DNA of 64,000 bases from an uncultured Flavobacteriaceae bacterium (GTDB lineage Bacteria; Bacteroidota; Bacteroidia; Flavobacteriales; Flavobacteriaceae), in assembly GCA_943789465.1 (NCBI GenBank), contig CALSUF010000002.1, forward strand, positions 631,952-695,951. Direction: 5' to 3'. Within the stretch, counting starts at the first letter, position 1. Each line of letters opens with the position of its first letter. Under the pieces are notes generated by a model that had not been told where the DNA came from, made no database searches, and saw only the letters and a list, made by a program, of their open reading frames with translations. The translations under genes and the position numbers were made by a program. Below, one piece after another: positions 18,521 through 28,728 of the stretch.

Positions 18521-19830
18521 ATTTAAGACTAATTATTTATTCACTTCTTCTAATTACGCATAGTGTTTCGGGGCAATCTAGATTACAAAAGGTCCTCGCT
18601 CATGACACCTCCAGTATTTATGTTTTTAATAAAGAAAATATAACTATTAAGAACTTTCGAAACTCAATTTTAGATACAATACACCTTAATCCTTCTGAGA
18701 ATATCGATTTTGAGGATTTAAAAATGGTTGTTTTAAAGGGTGTGCCTCATTTAGTTTCTAAAGAAGGCGGAATGGTATGGGAAGTAGTTAAAGATTCGCT
18801 CAAAAGAATAGATAATTCTTTCAACCATAAAAACACTTCTCAGTCAGATATTTTCGTTCGTAATGACACCATCTTTAAATTTGGTGGGTATGGATATTGG
18901 GGTGTAAGAAACTTTTTTACCTACTTTTCCAAGACCACTGCAGAATGGCAGTTTTATGGAATTAACCCTCAATCTTATTTACCTAAAGGTTTAAGTCATT
19001 TTAATGCCTCCTATCACAAGAACAGCTATTATATTTCAGGTGGTGTAACAATAGACGAGCATGATGGAACCAACGAACTTTTAAATACCAACGTTTGGAA
19101 ATTCGATTTTAATACAAAATTATGGAGTGATTTAGGAACATCAAAATTTGAGTCTTACGATGTTCATAATGTTGTTGATATTGGAAATGGGCGTCAGCTC
19201 GTTTTTAGGCGCTTAAACAAAACCGATTCTTATGTTATTCGTATTATAGATTATGTTGAAAATTCCATAGAGGAGTATGACAACTCCAATCCAATCATGT
19301 CTATTGATGGAGGATTTTTCGCGCGTGATTCACTATACACTATCAAAAGTGGAAAGTTAAGTGCTGTGAATTTAAAAGATTTCACAAATGAGTCCACAGA
19401 TCAAACCTCTTTGTATTTAGATGCTAGTGTGTTATTTGAACGCCTCACACTGTTTATTGTCAGTGTTCTAATTTTGTTGTTTGGAGGCTTAGTGTTGTTA
19501 TATTGTAAAAACAGGAAACGCCCAAGACTCACTGATTCAGGTTTTTATCATAACTACATACATTATCCTCTCTCAAATCAAGAGCAAAAAGTTTTAGGCA
19601 TGTTATTGTACAGTAAAAACATTAATTCTAAATTATTATTAGAAGAGTTGAACGATTCATCATCGAGTACTTCGTATAACAATCTAAAAAAACTAGAAGT
19701 TATTGATTCTTTGAATGAAAAAATATCAAAAGTTTTTGGAACCAAAACATTTATACGATCAAAAATGAGTACAAAAGATGAGAATATACTTATCTATTTT
19801 ACCAACTATAGAAAAGAGTTTGTGCTATGA
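18517..19830 (+). CDS. Membrane-anchored regulator: Kelch-like beta-propeller extracytoplasmic domain, single TM and C-terminal LuxR-type HTH
   Basis: Signal peptide. Kelch-like motifs ([34 protein letters not shown]). TM segment [22 protein letters not shown]-terminus [27 protein letters not shown] resembles a LuxR/GerE HTH. Confidence 0.55.
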   Translation: MNLRLIIYSLLLITHSVSGQSRLQKVLAHDTSSIYVFNKENITIKNFRNSILDTIHLNPSENIDFEDLKMVVLKGVPHLVSKEGGMVWEVVKDSLKRIDNSFNHKNTSQSDIFVRNDTIFKFGGYGYWGVRNFFTYFSKTTAEWQFYGINPQSYLPKGLSHFNASYHKNSYYISGGVTIDEHDGTNELLNTNVWKFDFNTKLWSDLGTSKFESYDVHNVVDIGNGRQLVFRRLNKTDSYVIRIIDYVENSIEEYDNSNPIMSIDGGFFARDSLYTIKSGKLSAVNLKDFTNESTDQTSLYLDASVLFERLTLFIVSVLILLFGGLVLLYCKNRKRPRLTDSGFYHNYIHYPLSNQEQKVLGMLLYSKNINSKLLLEELNDSSSSTSYNNLKKLEVIDSLNEKISKVFGTKTFIRSKMSTKDENILIYFTNYRKEFVL

Positions 19831-20288
19831 TCTGTTACGATGATTATTGGTGGGTGTTAAAAGTGAAAACAGGACATGAACTAAAGGCTGTTTCTGATTT
19901 GGAAAGCTTTGGGGTCCAGTCTTACACTCCTATAATCGAGGTGGTTCGTAATTGGAGCGATCGTAAGAGGAAAATTCAAACACCACTTATGCCTCGTTAT
20001 GTATTTGTAAAATTGACCCCCAATGAAGAACGCATCGTATTTGGCTGCAAAAGTGTGCTGGGGTATATGCATATTCATGGATTGAGAGCAAAGGTTTGGC
20101 CTAAAGAAATTAAAAAGTTACAGCAGTATTGCAACAACATTCATTACGCTTCGCAAACTGATCGTGGAACACATATTAAAGCTCCCGTATTGGGCGTTGA
20201 TGCAGAAGTTATTAATGTCAAAAACGGAGTTTGTTATTTAGTTTCGGATTGTGGTCGTTATAAGATACAATTCAAACTGGCAAGCTAG
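19827..20288 (+). CDS. upxY: UpxY-family transcription antiterminator (NusG paralog) heading a polysaccharide locus
   Basis: NGN-domain motif YWWVLKVKTGHELKAVSDLESFGVQSYTPIIEVV...RKIQTPLMPRYVFVKL (compare NusG WY.l.t.sg.E.kv...L). It sits immediately upstream of flippase, glycosyltransferase, Wza and Wzc genes. Confidence 0.7.
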   Translation: MICYDDYWWVLKVKTGHELKAVSDLESFGVQSYTPIIEVVRNWSDRKRKIQTPLMPRYVFVKLTPNEERIVFGCKSVLGYMHIHGLRAKVWPKEIKKLQQYCNNIHYASQTDRGTHIKAPVLGVDAEVINVKNGVCYLVSDCGRYKIQFKLAS

Positions 20289-20309
20289 TAAATGAGCTTG
20301 TTATTTATT
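20281..20309 (+). terminator. Hairpin caagct-agtaaatg-agcttg over the upxY stop codon, followed by ttatttatt (candidate attenuator/terminator in the leader of the polysaccharide operon)
   Basis: Perfect 6-bp stem and a T-rich tail. It is followed by an unusually GC-rich stretch gagtgtcatgggacaccctgcggcggagccgtg (20321..20353) containing the hairpin gtgtc-atgg-gacac. Confidence 0.3.
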
Positions 20310-20387
20310 AAAACCCTTTAGAGTGTCATGGGACACCCTGCGGCGGAGCCGTGAAAATTTTAAATCAAATATGAGAACTATTCCAAA

Positions 20388-21497
20388 ATGTTGAAGTTGG
20401 TAATTAAGAATATTTATGACCTAGGATCTAAACTTGTATTTAGGTTTAGTTCAAGTGTTTCCTTATTTATTTTCGCTTATTTAATCGATAAATTAATAGT
20501 CAATGAACACCAACAATCTTGGTATTTAGAGTTTCTTTTGATTTTCCCTGTTGTGAGTTCTATTTCTCGTTTTGGTTTGCCCCTTCAAATTTTATCTAAC
20601 AGTATTTCAAATCATAAAGAAGTAATAAATGTAATAAAATATCAAGCTATCCTCATCTTAATTTTTTCTAGTATTTATTTGACTACGTCTAACGATTATT
20701 TATTATTACTTTCAATATGTCCAATAGGTTCAATTTTATTTAATTACGGAGTTAATAAGATTAGAAAAGGAAACATTATAGGATACTTTTTTCAAAACGG
20801 AATGATTTATTTTGTAATGATAATTACATGTTTTTGTACGGATTGGTTTTTTTACAATTCAAAAACAATAGCACTGTTTATGATTACATTTTGTTTAATT
20901 TATCTTTATAAATTTAGAGATATTAAACTAAAATTGATCGATTTAAAAAATTATTTAAGTGACAGTCTCAACTCATTTACAATACCATTCATAATCTTTT
21001 TAGCATTTAAATCAGGAAATAATTTAGATGTTGGAGATTTTTTGATAGTTAAGTCCACTTCGTTAATTAGTTCTGCTCTAGGAGGCCTTCTTTTATTAGA
21101 TTTTAAAAAAATAGACAAGAAAAAGAAAACTATTGAAAAACTTGATTTTTTTACTTCTTTAAAAAAAAGATATTCTACTTTTTATGTATTCCTCGTTGTA
21201 GTTGTATCTGGGTTTATTATTTTTTCATATCACAAAAAAATATACTTATTGATTATTTTAATTTTGTTTGAAACCTTTTATTTTTTTATAGGCCAACAAA
21301 ATTTATTAAATATTTACTTTAATAACCAAAACGGGATTATCAAATCAAATTTATTGTCAATTGTTGTCACTAGTTTAGGCTTTGCAGTTTTAATGATTTT
21401 TAATTTCAAATATCATGAGATAGTTCTGTATGTCCTTGGTACAGCAAGCTTTCAATATTTTTCATATTTCAATTTAAAAAAATATCAAAACCTTTAA
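20388..21497 (+). CDS. Polytopic membrane protein of the polysaccharide locus (possible Wzx-type flippase)
   Basis: About 10-12 predicted TM helices. Call is from position in the locus; no diagnostic motif. Confidence 0.45.
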   Translation: MLKLVIKNIYDLGSKLVFRFSSSVSLFIFAYLIDKLIVNEHQQSWYLEFLLIFPVVSSISRFGLPLQILSNSISNHKEVINVIKYQAILILIFSSIYLTTSNDYLLLLSICPIGSILFNYGVNKIRKGNIIGYFFQNGMIYFVMIITCFCTDWFFYNSKTIALFMITFCLIYLYKFRDIKLKLIDLKNYLSDSLNSFTIPFIIFLAFKSGNNLDVGDFLIVKSTSLISSALGGLLLLDFKKIDKKKKTIEKLDFFTSLKKRYSTFYVFLVVVVSGFIIFSYHKKIYLLIILILFETFYFFIGQQNLLNIYFNNQNGIIKSNLLSIVVTSLGFAVLMIFNFKYHEIVLYVLGTASFQYFSYFNLKKYQNL

Positions 21498-21558
21498 ATT
21501 ACTTTTAATATTTTTAACTGGGCTGCCTATCTTTGGCTCAAAATTACCCCTCTTTGTA

Positions 21559-22488
21559 TTGTTGCTTTTGATATGTGGGCCTGATTTAAGGTATTTTCCT
21601 TTTAAAAAATATGTTGTGTTTTTTTGTATACTGATTATTCCAATGATCTTGTGCGAACTCATTATTTATCAGGAACTTTCAATGACCTCAATCTCAATAT
21701 TTTTTAGTATGATAATTGGATTTAGCATTCGGGAGGTGAAAATCAATTCAATCCTAATAATACTATCAATTTTCATAGCATTTCATCTTTTTTCATTTGT
21801 TTCTATTTTATATTATGGTTACGATTTGATACCACAATATTTATATGGAGAATCCAGACATCTTGTTGGAGTAAATACTTTAATAAAAATTAGACCTAGT
21901 GGGTTATACCCTGAACCTTCAACTTTAGCTATAAATTATATCGCTATTTCAATTATTCTTTTTCTCAGAAAGGAAAATTATAAATACAAAAATGTTCTTA
22001 TTTCATTGTCCATATTATTTTCAATTTTAACTTTTTCAGTTATTTCTATAGTCTCGGTGTTAATATTAGTAAGTAATTATAGACATTATTTTAAGTCGTT
22101 TTTTTATAAATTTATCATTGCAGGTGGGTTGTCTTATTTCTTATACAATTTTATAACATTATTTGTACTCCCAAAAATTGGACTGTACAACGATAGAGGT
22201 CTTGATAGTTATAAAAGATTTGAACTTTTTTATGTGATGTCTGAAAATATAGGTTTTAAGCCTATAAATTTTACAAAATCAGGGGTTGCTTTAGATAATG
22301 GCCCAATAACATATTTAATATTGTTCTGTGGTGTTTACGCGATACCAATGATATTTTATATACTTAAAAAGTCAAAAAACAACTTAGATGTAATTCTAAT
22401 ATTATTTACCAAAATTAGCTTAACCTACCCTTTGTTGTGGCTTATTTTAAAAAACAATGAAGGTCTTAAAGGTCGCAATAGTAACTAA
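21559..22488 (+). CDS. Polytopic membrane protein (possible Wzy-type polymerase / O-antigen ligase-like)
   Basis: Multiple TM helices with one large loop. Context only. Confidence 0.4.
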   Translation: MLLLICGPDLRYFPFKKYVVFFCILIIPMILCELIIYQELSMTSISIFFSMIIGFSIREVKINSILIILSIFIAFHLFSFVSILYYGYDLIPQYLYGESRHLVGVNTLIKIRPSGLYPEPSTLAINYIAISIILFLRKENYKYKNVLISLSILFSILTFSVISIVSVLILVSNYRHYFKSFFYKFIIAGGLSYFLYNFITLFVLPKIGLYNDRGLDSYKRFELFYVMSENIGFKPINFTKSGVALDNGPITYLILFCGVYAIPMIFYILKKSKNNLDVILILFTKISLTYPLLWLILKNNEGLKGRNSN

Positions 22489-23335
22489 TAAGTTAGAGTA
22501 TCACAGGTTTACATCTAAAATTATTAGTTGTGATGTTATTATTGAACATGAAAACCCATTTACCTATTTGAAATTGTTTAGTTTAAATTTTAAAAAATCT
22601 GAATTTTATTTTATTGGATTAAGATTACCTGATGTTTATTTAATTAAATTATTAAATAATAGATGCTCTAGATTAGTCGTACTTCAGCACGCTTTTAACG
22701 AGAATAATAATGTAAAATCATTTTCTTATTTTTTAAACAACGCTGTAAAATTTTTAATGTGGTTATTCTCAATTTTAATAACTAATCTTTTCTTATATAA
22801 AATAAAATATAATACTAAAACCAGCTGCTACTATTTCACGGATTATTATAGAAAAAGACTTAACACTATTGTTAAGAATGTTCTTTATCATAAATGTGGT
22901 GAACCTGACCCCTTAAATTTTGGCTCAAAAGAAAAAATTTTAATCGAAGATCAAATTATTAATTATTTCTATGTTGATGAACCACTAACTAGGACTCTAG
23001 GAATTTCGTTAAGTCGAGAAAAAAAATTAATATCAGATCTAATCACTGAATTTCATATTAATAAACTGTTTGTAAAGCTACATCCAAGATCATCAAAAGA
23101 AAAGTTTGCGGGACTACCAAATATAGTTTTAACAGATTCTATATACAGTAATTCTAAAACTCTGATTGGTTACAAAAGTAACCTCCTTCGACATCCTTTT
23201 AAATCTGAAAAATTTATCGAGTTGTCTAGAGCTAAATTAAGTTGGCATATAAAAGATTATAATTTTTCAAAATCAGGAAGTTATTCAAATGATGTAAAAA
23301 ATAATATCAAAAAACATGAAATCAATTCTGTATAG
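22457..23335 (+). CDS. Hypothetical polysaccharide-biosynthesis protein (unknown family)
   Basis: ORF track. Overlaps the neighbouring ORF by 32 nt, so the start is uncertain. Confidence 0.4.
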   Translation: MKVLKVAIVTNKLEYHRFTSKIISCDVIIEHENPFTYLKLFSLNFKKSEFYFIGLRLPDVYLIKLLNNRCSRLVVLQHAFNENNNVKSFSYFLNNAVKFLMWLFSILITNLFLYKIKYNTKTSCYYFTDYYRKRLNTIVKNVLYHKCGEPDPLNFGSKEKILIEDQIINYFYVDEPLTRTLGISLSREKKLISDLITEFHINKLFVKLHPRSSKEKFAGLPNIVLTDSIYSNSKTLIGYKSNLLRHPFKSEKFIELSRAKLSWHIKDYNFSKSGSYSNDVKNNIKKHEINSV

Positions 23336-24215
23336 TAATAAAAGTTACGGAGGTGCCGAAATTTATGTAAGAACATTAAGGAATGATTTTAACATCGATT
23401 TTTATTCAATCAAAAGTTATAATTTTTTTAAATTAATTCATGTTTGTTTTTTCGAAAAATCAATTGTTTTTCACGACGTAAGAGCCGCTTTATTTAAATT
23501 CACTAGACCCTTTAAGAACGATAAAATTGTTATTCACGGACCAGGAAAGAATCCAAGATTAATTAAAGTTATTGTAATATTATTATCCTTTACTAATTGT
23601 GAAATAATAATGGTAAGTAAAGATTTGTTTTCGAAATTCAATGGCTCTAAAAAAATCATCTTACTAGAAAACTCCTCTAACTTTGACAACATAAACTTAA
23701 AACTTAATAGTTTTGATTTCATTTATTTTGGCAGATTAGAACCTTCTAAAGGTTGTGATATATTGATTGATTTTTGGATAAATAAAAAAATCAATAAAAA
23801 TTTACACATCATTGGAGATGGATCACTTTATAATAAATACAAAAATAAAACGAACCTAAACGTAATTTTACACGGTCCTCTAGAACAAAGTGAAATCAAA
23901 AAAATAATAGAAAATAACTGTGCTTATTATATTTCTTTAAGTTTTCGAGAAGGACTTTCTCTGTCTTTATTGGAAGCTTTAAGTTCAGGGCTAATTCCAA
24001 TTGTAGCCAATATACCTTCACAAAAATTTATTTCGAAAAAATATGGCTTTAAACTTATTGAAGAGAATCTTTCTAATTTAGAAGATTTAATAAATAATAA
24101 TTTATCCCATGTAAAAATAAAAGCAAAATGTGAAGAAACTAAATTTTTATATAAAAATAATAATACTAATGATGAATTTAAAAAATATTGGAGAAAAGCG
24201 CTAATCCAACTGTAA
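23316..24215 (+). CDS. Glycosyltransferase family 4 (GT-B, retaining)
   Basis: C-terminal GT4 motif: SFREGLSLSLLEALSSGLIPIVANIP (E.fG...lEAma.G.PvI.....) and FIYFGRLEPSKGCDILIDFW. Confidence 0.7.
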   Translation: MKSILYSNKSYGGAEIYVRTLRNDFNIDFYSIKSYNFFKLIHVCFFEKSIVFHDVRAALFKFTRPFKNDKIVIHGPGKNPRLIKVIVILLSFTNCEIIMVSKDLFSKFNGSKKIILLENSSNFDNINLKLNSFDFIYFGRLEPSKGCDILIDFWINKKINKNLHIIGDGSLYNKYKNKTNLNVILHGPLEQSEIKKIIENNCAYYISLSFREGLSLSLLEALSSGLIPIVANIPSQKFISKKYGFKLIEENLSNLEDLINNNLSHVKIKAKCEETKFLYKNNNTNDEFKKYWRKALIQL

Positions 24216-25186
24216 CAGTTATTGGTGGATCTGGGTTTATTGGTTCCAAACTTATAAAAAAGTTAGGATTTGAAAAATGCATTAACATAGACAAAAACCA
24301 ATCTGCTTTTTTTAGTAATATAACCACTATTGGTGATATTCGAAATTCTGACCAAATAGTATTTAATAAAGAAACTAATGCAGTTATTCTATTGGCTGCT
24401 GAACACAGAGATGATGTGCATCCAACTTCACTTTATTACGACGTCAACGTAAGGGGTACAAAAAATGTATTAGCTAAAATGGATCGTACTGGAATTAAGC
24501 ATTTAATTTTTACTAGCTCAGTTGCAATTTATGGACTTAACAAACAGAATCCAAATGAAAATCACATTCACGATCCATTTAATCCCTATGGGAAAAGTAA
24601 ATGGGAAGCAGAGCAAGTGATAAAGGAATGGTATGACAAAGAGCCCGAAAGTAAATCAGTCACAATAATTCGACCGACTGTTATTTTCGGAGAACGTAAT
24701 AGAGGAAACGTATATAATTTATTGAAACAAATTTCTTCAGGAAAATTTATGATGATTGGAAAAGGCAAAAATAAAAAATCTATGGCCTACGTTGGTAATG
24801 TGGTGTCTTTTATCAAAAACAGACATGAAAAGGAAGAACTAGGATATCATGTATTTAACTATGCCGAAAAGACGAACATTAATATGAATGAATTGGTTTC
24901 CGTTATTGAAGAAAAGATGAAATTGAGAATTCCAAAATTTAAAATACCTTTTTGGCTAGGAATGATTGGTGGATTTTGTTTTGATATTATAGCTAAAATC
25001 ACTAGGAGAAAACTATCAATTAGCTCAGTTAGAGTTAAAAAGTTTTGTGCTACTACACAATTCGATGCAACCAAAGCGCATCGGTCATTTAATGTTCCAT
25101 ACACATTAAAACAAGGACTTAACAACACATTAGAATATGAATTTATTAACCCTGAGGAAGACAACATCCTTTCTTATTCTGAATAA
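24188..25186 (+). CDS. NAD-dependent epimerase/dehydratase (extended SDR)
   Basis: Rossmann motif VIGGSGFIGSKL; catalytic YGKSK (YxxxK). Confidence 0.8.
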   Translation: MEKSANPTVTVIGGSGFIGSKLIKKLGFEKCINIDKNQSAFFSNITTIGDIRNSDQIVFNKETNAVILLAAEHRDDVHPTSLYYDVNVRGTKNVLAKMDRTGIKHLIFTSSVAIYGLNKQNPNENHIHDPFNPYGKSKWEAEQVIKEWYDKEPESKSVTIIRPTVIFGERNRGNVYNLLKQISSGKFMMIGKGKNKKSMAYVGNVVSFIKNRHEKEELGYHVFNYAEKTNINMNELVSVIEEKMKLRIPKFKIPFWLGMIGGFCFDIIAKITRRKLSISSVRVKKFCATTQFDATKAHRSFNVPYTLKQGLNNTLEYEFINPEEDNILSYSE

Positions 25187-25357
25187 ACACAACTAATCAT
25201 TCAATTTAAACTCAGCAAAGAAAGTCAGTGGAAAATCAAAAATAACATCTGTCACTTGTCTTTTATTATTTTAAAAGTTGTTGTTTTTAAAGCGAATCAC
25301 AACTTAAACCTCACCTAATTAACCACAAGACTTAACTAAGTAAATAAACTTTTTACA

Positions 25358-26116
25358 ATGTTCAAAAAAATCTTTTTCTATTTATTTCCATTTGCATTTG
25401 TAATGTCTTGCGCTTCAAAAAAAGATGTGTACTATTTTCAAGACATCGATAATTCAGTCCTTGAAAACAGTTTTAAATTTTTAAACATCCAACCTGGAGA
25501 TATTTTAGACATTCAAATTAAAGCGCTCAATCCGGAGAGTGTGTTGGTTTTTCAAAGACAAGCAACTCTAGTTAATAACCAACAACTACAAACTCAAAGC
25601 CGTACTATTGACGGCTACCTAGTCGGAGAAGAGGGCACAATTAACCTTCCCATCGTAGGCAATATCAACACTTCAAATGAAAATACACATACTCTAGCAC
25701 TTATAATTGAAGAGGCATTGAGTACCTATATCAATAACCCTACGGTAAACATCAGACTGCTAAACTTCAGAGTTTCTGTTTTAGGAGAAGTTAATAGTCC
25801 GGGCACATTCACTTTCCTAGAAGAACGTGTGAGTCTCCCCCAGGCGCTTGGAGTGGCAGGAGATTTAACTATTAAAGGAAATCGAACTCATTTGTTGCTC
25901 ATACGAAATGAAAATGGCAAAAACACAAACCAAGTCATAGACCTTACCAAAACCGATTTTTTAAAATCACCTTTTTACTTTCTAAAGCAAAACGACATCA
26001 TTTATGTACGCCCTAACAATGCCAAAGTTAAATCTTCAGGAATAATTGGTAACGCTGGCACTCTGGTCTCTATATTGAGTTTGGCTGTTAGTTTGTTTAT
26101 AGTTATAACACGTTAA
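25358..26116 (+). CDS. wza: Polysaccharide export outer-membrane protein (Wza / Poly_export family)
   Basis: Lipoprotein-type signal (FAFVMSCAS). Poly_export motif LQPGDILDIQI. Size and context match, with the partner Wzc downstream. Confidence 0.75.
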   Translation: MFKKIFFYLFPFAFVMSCASKKDVYYFQDIDNSVLENSFKFLNIQPGDILDIQIKALNPESVLVFQRQATLVNNQQLQTQSRTIDGYLVGEEGTINLPIVGNINTSNENTHTLALIIEEALSTYINNPTVNIRLLNFRVSVLGEVNSPGTFTFLEERVSLPQALGVAGDLTIKGNRTHLLLIRNENGKNTNQVIDLTKTDFLKSPFYFLKQNDIIYVRPNNAKVKSSGIIGNAGTLVSILSLAVSLFIVITR

Positions 26117-26122
26117 TTTAAT

Positions 26123-28462
26123 ATGAAAACTTCCGAAAATTATCCTAGTCAAGAGAACAGTTCTGTTGATATCTTCACAGAAATTCGTTATTATGTCTTT
26201 TTTTGGCCCTGGTTTCTACTTTCTATCTTTCTTTTTTCGTTAGGGGCTTATCTTTACCTCCGCTATACAAATACCATTTATCAAACATCGGCAACCCTTC
26301 AGGTTAAAGACGCTTCTTCAGACCCACCATCCTTTTTGACGGAAGGTGCAGGAAATATGTTTAGCTTTGATAAAGTCAAAATTGATAATTACATTGCTCA
26401 GATTGGCTCAAAACCAAATTTAGCAAGAGTTTCAGATCTCTTGGACCTACAAACTCAAGTTTACTCCGTTGGTCATATCAGGAAAAGACTGATTTTTGGG
26501 ACTGATATTCCCTTCAAAATTATTTTTAAAACCGAACAAACTTACGAGTCCCTTAGCTTGGTTTTAGAGGCTTCTAAAGGCTATCTTTATGTTGATGAGG
26601 ATCCCATCCAATTTGATCTTTCACTGCCTTTAGAAACCGACGATTTTAAGATAATTGTCAACACTAATAAACCAAAATACATAAATAATTACCAAATGAA
26701 CAGATCAAACAGGTATATGGCTGTTGAGCGTCTATCTAAAAATATTGGCATTAGTGGAAGTAGTAAAACAGGGGATAATATGAATTTGAATATTCAAGGA
26801 TTCAACGCCAAACGCAATGAAGCTATTTTGAATACTCTTATTGAGGTGGCACACAAGCAACAAAAATTAGACAAGCAAGAAATTTACGCACTCTCCATAG
26901 GTTTTATCAACAACAGATTAGGCTCCATTAAAAATGAAATTGACTCCTTAACACTTCAAACGACAGGCTTCAAGTCTAATAATTTTATCTTTTCACCAAA
27001 AGCTCAAACTGAATCAGCGCTTACGAGTTTAAAGAACTTAGACCAGCAGCAGTTTAACTTAACTACTCAAAAGGCCCTTGCAAAATCTCTAAAAAAAAAT
27101 CTTGAAAACCAAGCGGACTTTAGTCTTTTGCCATCCAATATTGGTTTGCAAAGTACGAATGTTAATGAACTGGTATTGTCTTACAATGCGCTGGTGTTGG
27201 AACGTAAAAACTTATTGACTGGTGCTACCAAAAAAAACCTATTGGTAGTTCAAATTAGCAATCAACTGAGTGACTTGAAAACTAATATTTTTAGTAGTGT
27301 AGACAATTATCTTTCAAATATCGAGACTTCCTTAACGGAATATAAAGACTTTAAAAATAGAACCAACTCAGAGGTTTCAAAAATTCCAGAACTTGAATCA
27401 ACCTTAATCGGTTTTCAAAGAAGTTACCAAATTGCAGAAAAGTTGTATTTATTTTTATTGGAACGTCGTGAGGAAGCATCAATTAGTTACGAATCGACAC
27501 TACCAAACACCCGTGTAATTAATCATGCCCATACAGATTATGTTCCTGTAAAACCAAAAAAACAAATCATAGCAATGGCTGCTGTTTTATTGGGCTTAGT
27601 ATTTCCTTTTGGTATTTTATACCTACTAAAACTAACCGATACTAAAATTCATAATCGAAACGAACTCGGAAAACTTATTCCTAACATAGATATTATGGGC
27701 GAAGTACCTTTTATAGAAGATATACATTCAACCGACGACTCAAGAAGTATTTTAACAGAAACCTTTCGCATGATTCGATCAAATATAAGTTTCAAGTTAA
27801 ATAGTGATCAATCTTGTAAGGTTATTTTATCTACCTCGAATATTAAAGGAGAGGGAAAGACTTTTACAGCTTTCAATATTGCTGCGAGCTATGTAGCGAC
27901 TGGGAAAAAGGTTTTGCTTTTGGGAGCTGATTTACGAAACCCAAAGCTTCACATCCCAATGGTAATTAAACGCCCAATAATTAACAAAGGATTGAGTAAC
28001 TTGATAGCGAATTCATCAATTGAAATTAGTTCTGATTATTTAAATTCTTTTAACATATTTAATAACAACTTAGATGTACTTTTTAGCGGTCCAATTCCAC
28101 CTAACCCGTCAGAGCTTTTAGGATCTGTTAGATTTGTAAGTTTATTAGACAAATTAAAGGACTCCTATGATTATATCGTTATTGATTCAGCACCACTTAT
28201 GCTTGTCAGTGATAGCTTACCACTCTTGAAACTTGCAGACTTAGTAATCTATACATTAAGAGCAGATTATACCGAAATAAAGATAGTTTCTTATGTTAAT
28301 AGTTTAGTTAAAGATAAAAAAGTAAACAATATTGGTGTTGTATTTAATAGTGTCAAATCTATTACAAAATCCTATTATAAATATGGGTACGGATACCGCT
28401 ATAGCTATCAGAACAAATCCAACTATGGTTACGGCTATGGTTACGATCAAGAAAAGTCATAA
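26123..28462 (+). CDS. wzc: Polysaccharide co-polymerase / tyrosine autokinase (Wzc, BY-kinase)
   Basis: Two TM segments flanking a Wzz-like periplasmic domain. Walker A STSNIKGEGKTFTAFNIAAS. Walker B VIDSAPLMLVSDS. Tyr-rich C-terminal tail YYKYGYGYRYSYQNKSNYGYGYGYD. Confidence 0.85.
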   Translation: MKTSENYPSQENSSVDIFTEIRYYVFFWPWFLLSIFLFSLGAYLYLRYTNTIYQTSATLQVKDASSDPPSFLTEGAGNMFSFDKVKIDNYIAQIGSKPNLARVSDLLDLQTQVYSVGHIRKRLIFGTDIPFKIIFKTEQTYESLSLVLEASKGYLYVDEDPIQFDLSLPLETDDFKIIVNTNKPKYINNYQMNRSNRYMAVERLSKNIGISGSSKTGDNMNLNIQGFNAKRNEAILNTLIEVAHKQQKLDKQEIYALSIGFINNRLGSIKNEIDSLTLQTTGFKSNNFIFSPKAQTESALTSLKNLDQQQFNLTTQKALAKSLKKNLENQADFSLLPSNIGLQSTNVNELVLSYNALVLERKNLLTGATKKNLLVVQISNQLSDLKTNIFSSVDNYLSNIETSLTEYKDFKNRTNSEVSKIPELESTLIGFQRSYQIAEKLYLFLLERREEASISYESTLPNTRVINHAHTDYVPVKPKKQIIAMAAVLLGLVFPFGILYLLKLTDTKIHNRNELGKLIPNIDIMGEVPFIEDIHSTDDSRSILTETFRMIRSNISFKLNSDQSCKVILSTSNIKGEGKTFTAFNIAASYVATGKKVLLLGADLRNPKLHIPMVIKRPIINKGLSNLIANSSIEISSDYLNSFNIFNNNLDVLFSGPIPPNPSELLGSVRFVSLLDKLKDSYDYIVIDSAPLMLVSDSLPLLKLADLVIYTLRADYTEIKIVSYVNSLVKDKKVNNIGVVFNSVKSITKSYYKYGYGYRYSYQNKSNYGYGYGYDQEKS

Positions 28463-28728
28463 ATTTCTGTAGGTTCTGCTTGTTGTTCATAAACTTGTTC
28501 CTAAGAAATCAGTTCTTTTTTATTCAAATACATGTCCTTTAGTTTGTTTATGAGGTTATGTTCCGGACTAGACTTTAAATGCGCAAAAAGGGGATGATAT
28601 CTTTACTGTATTCATGTTAAAGCGTACTGAAAAGAACTTAAGCATCTTCACTTAAATTAGCATGTAATTTTATGACCCTAATATTACTAAATAGTACTGT
28701 TTAATTTTCATTTAAAAAAACTTTTTTT

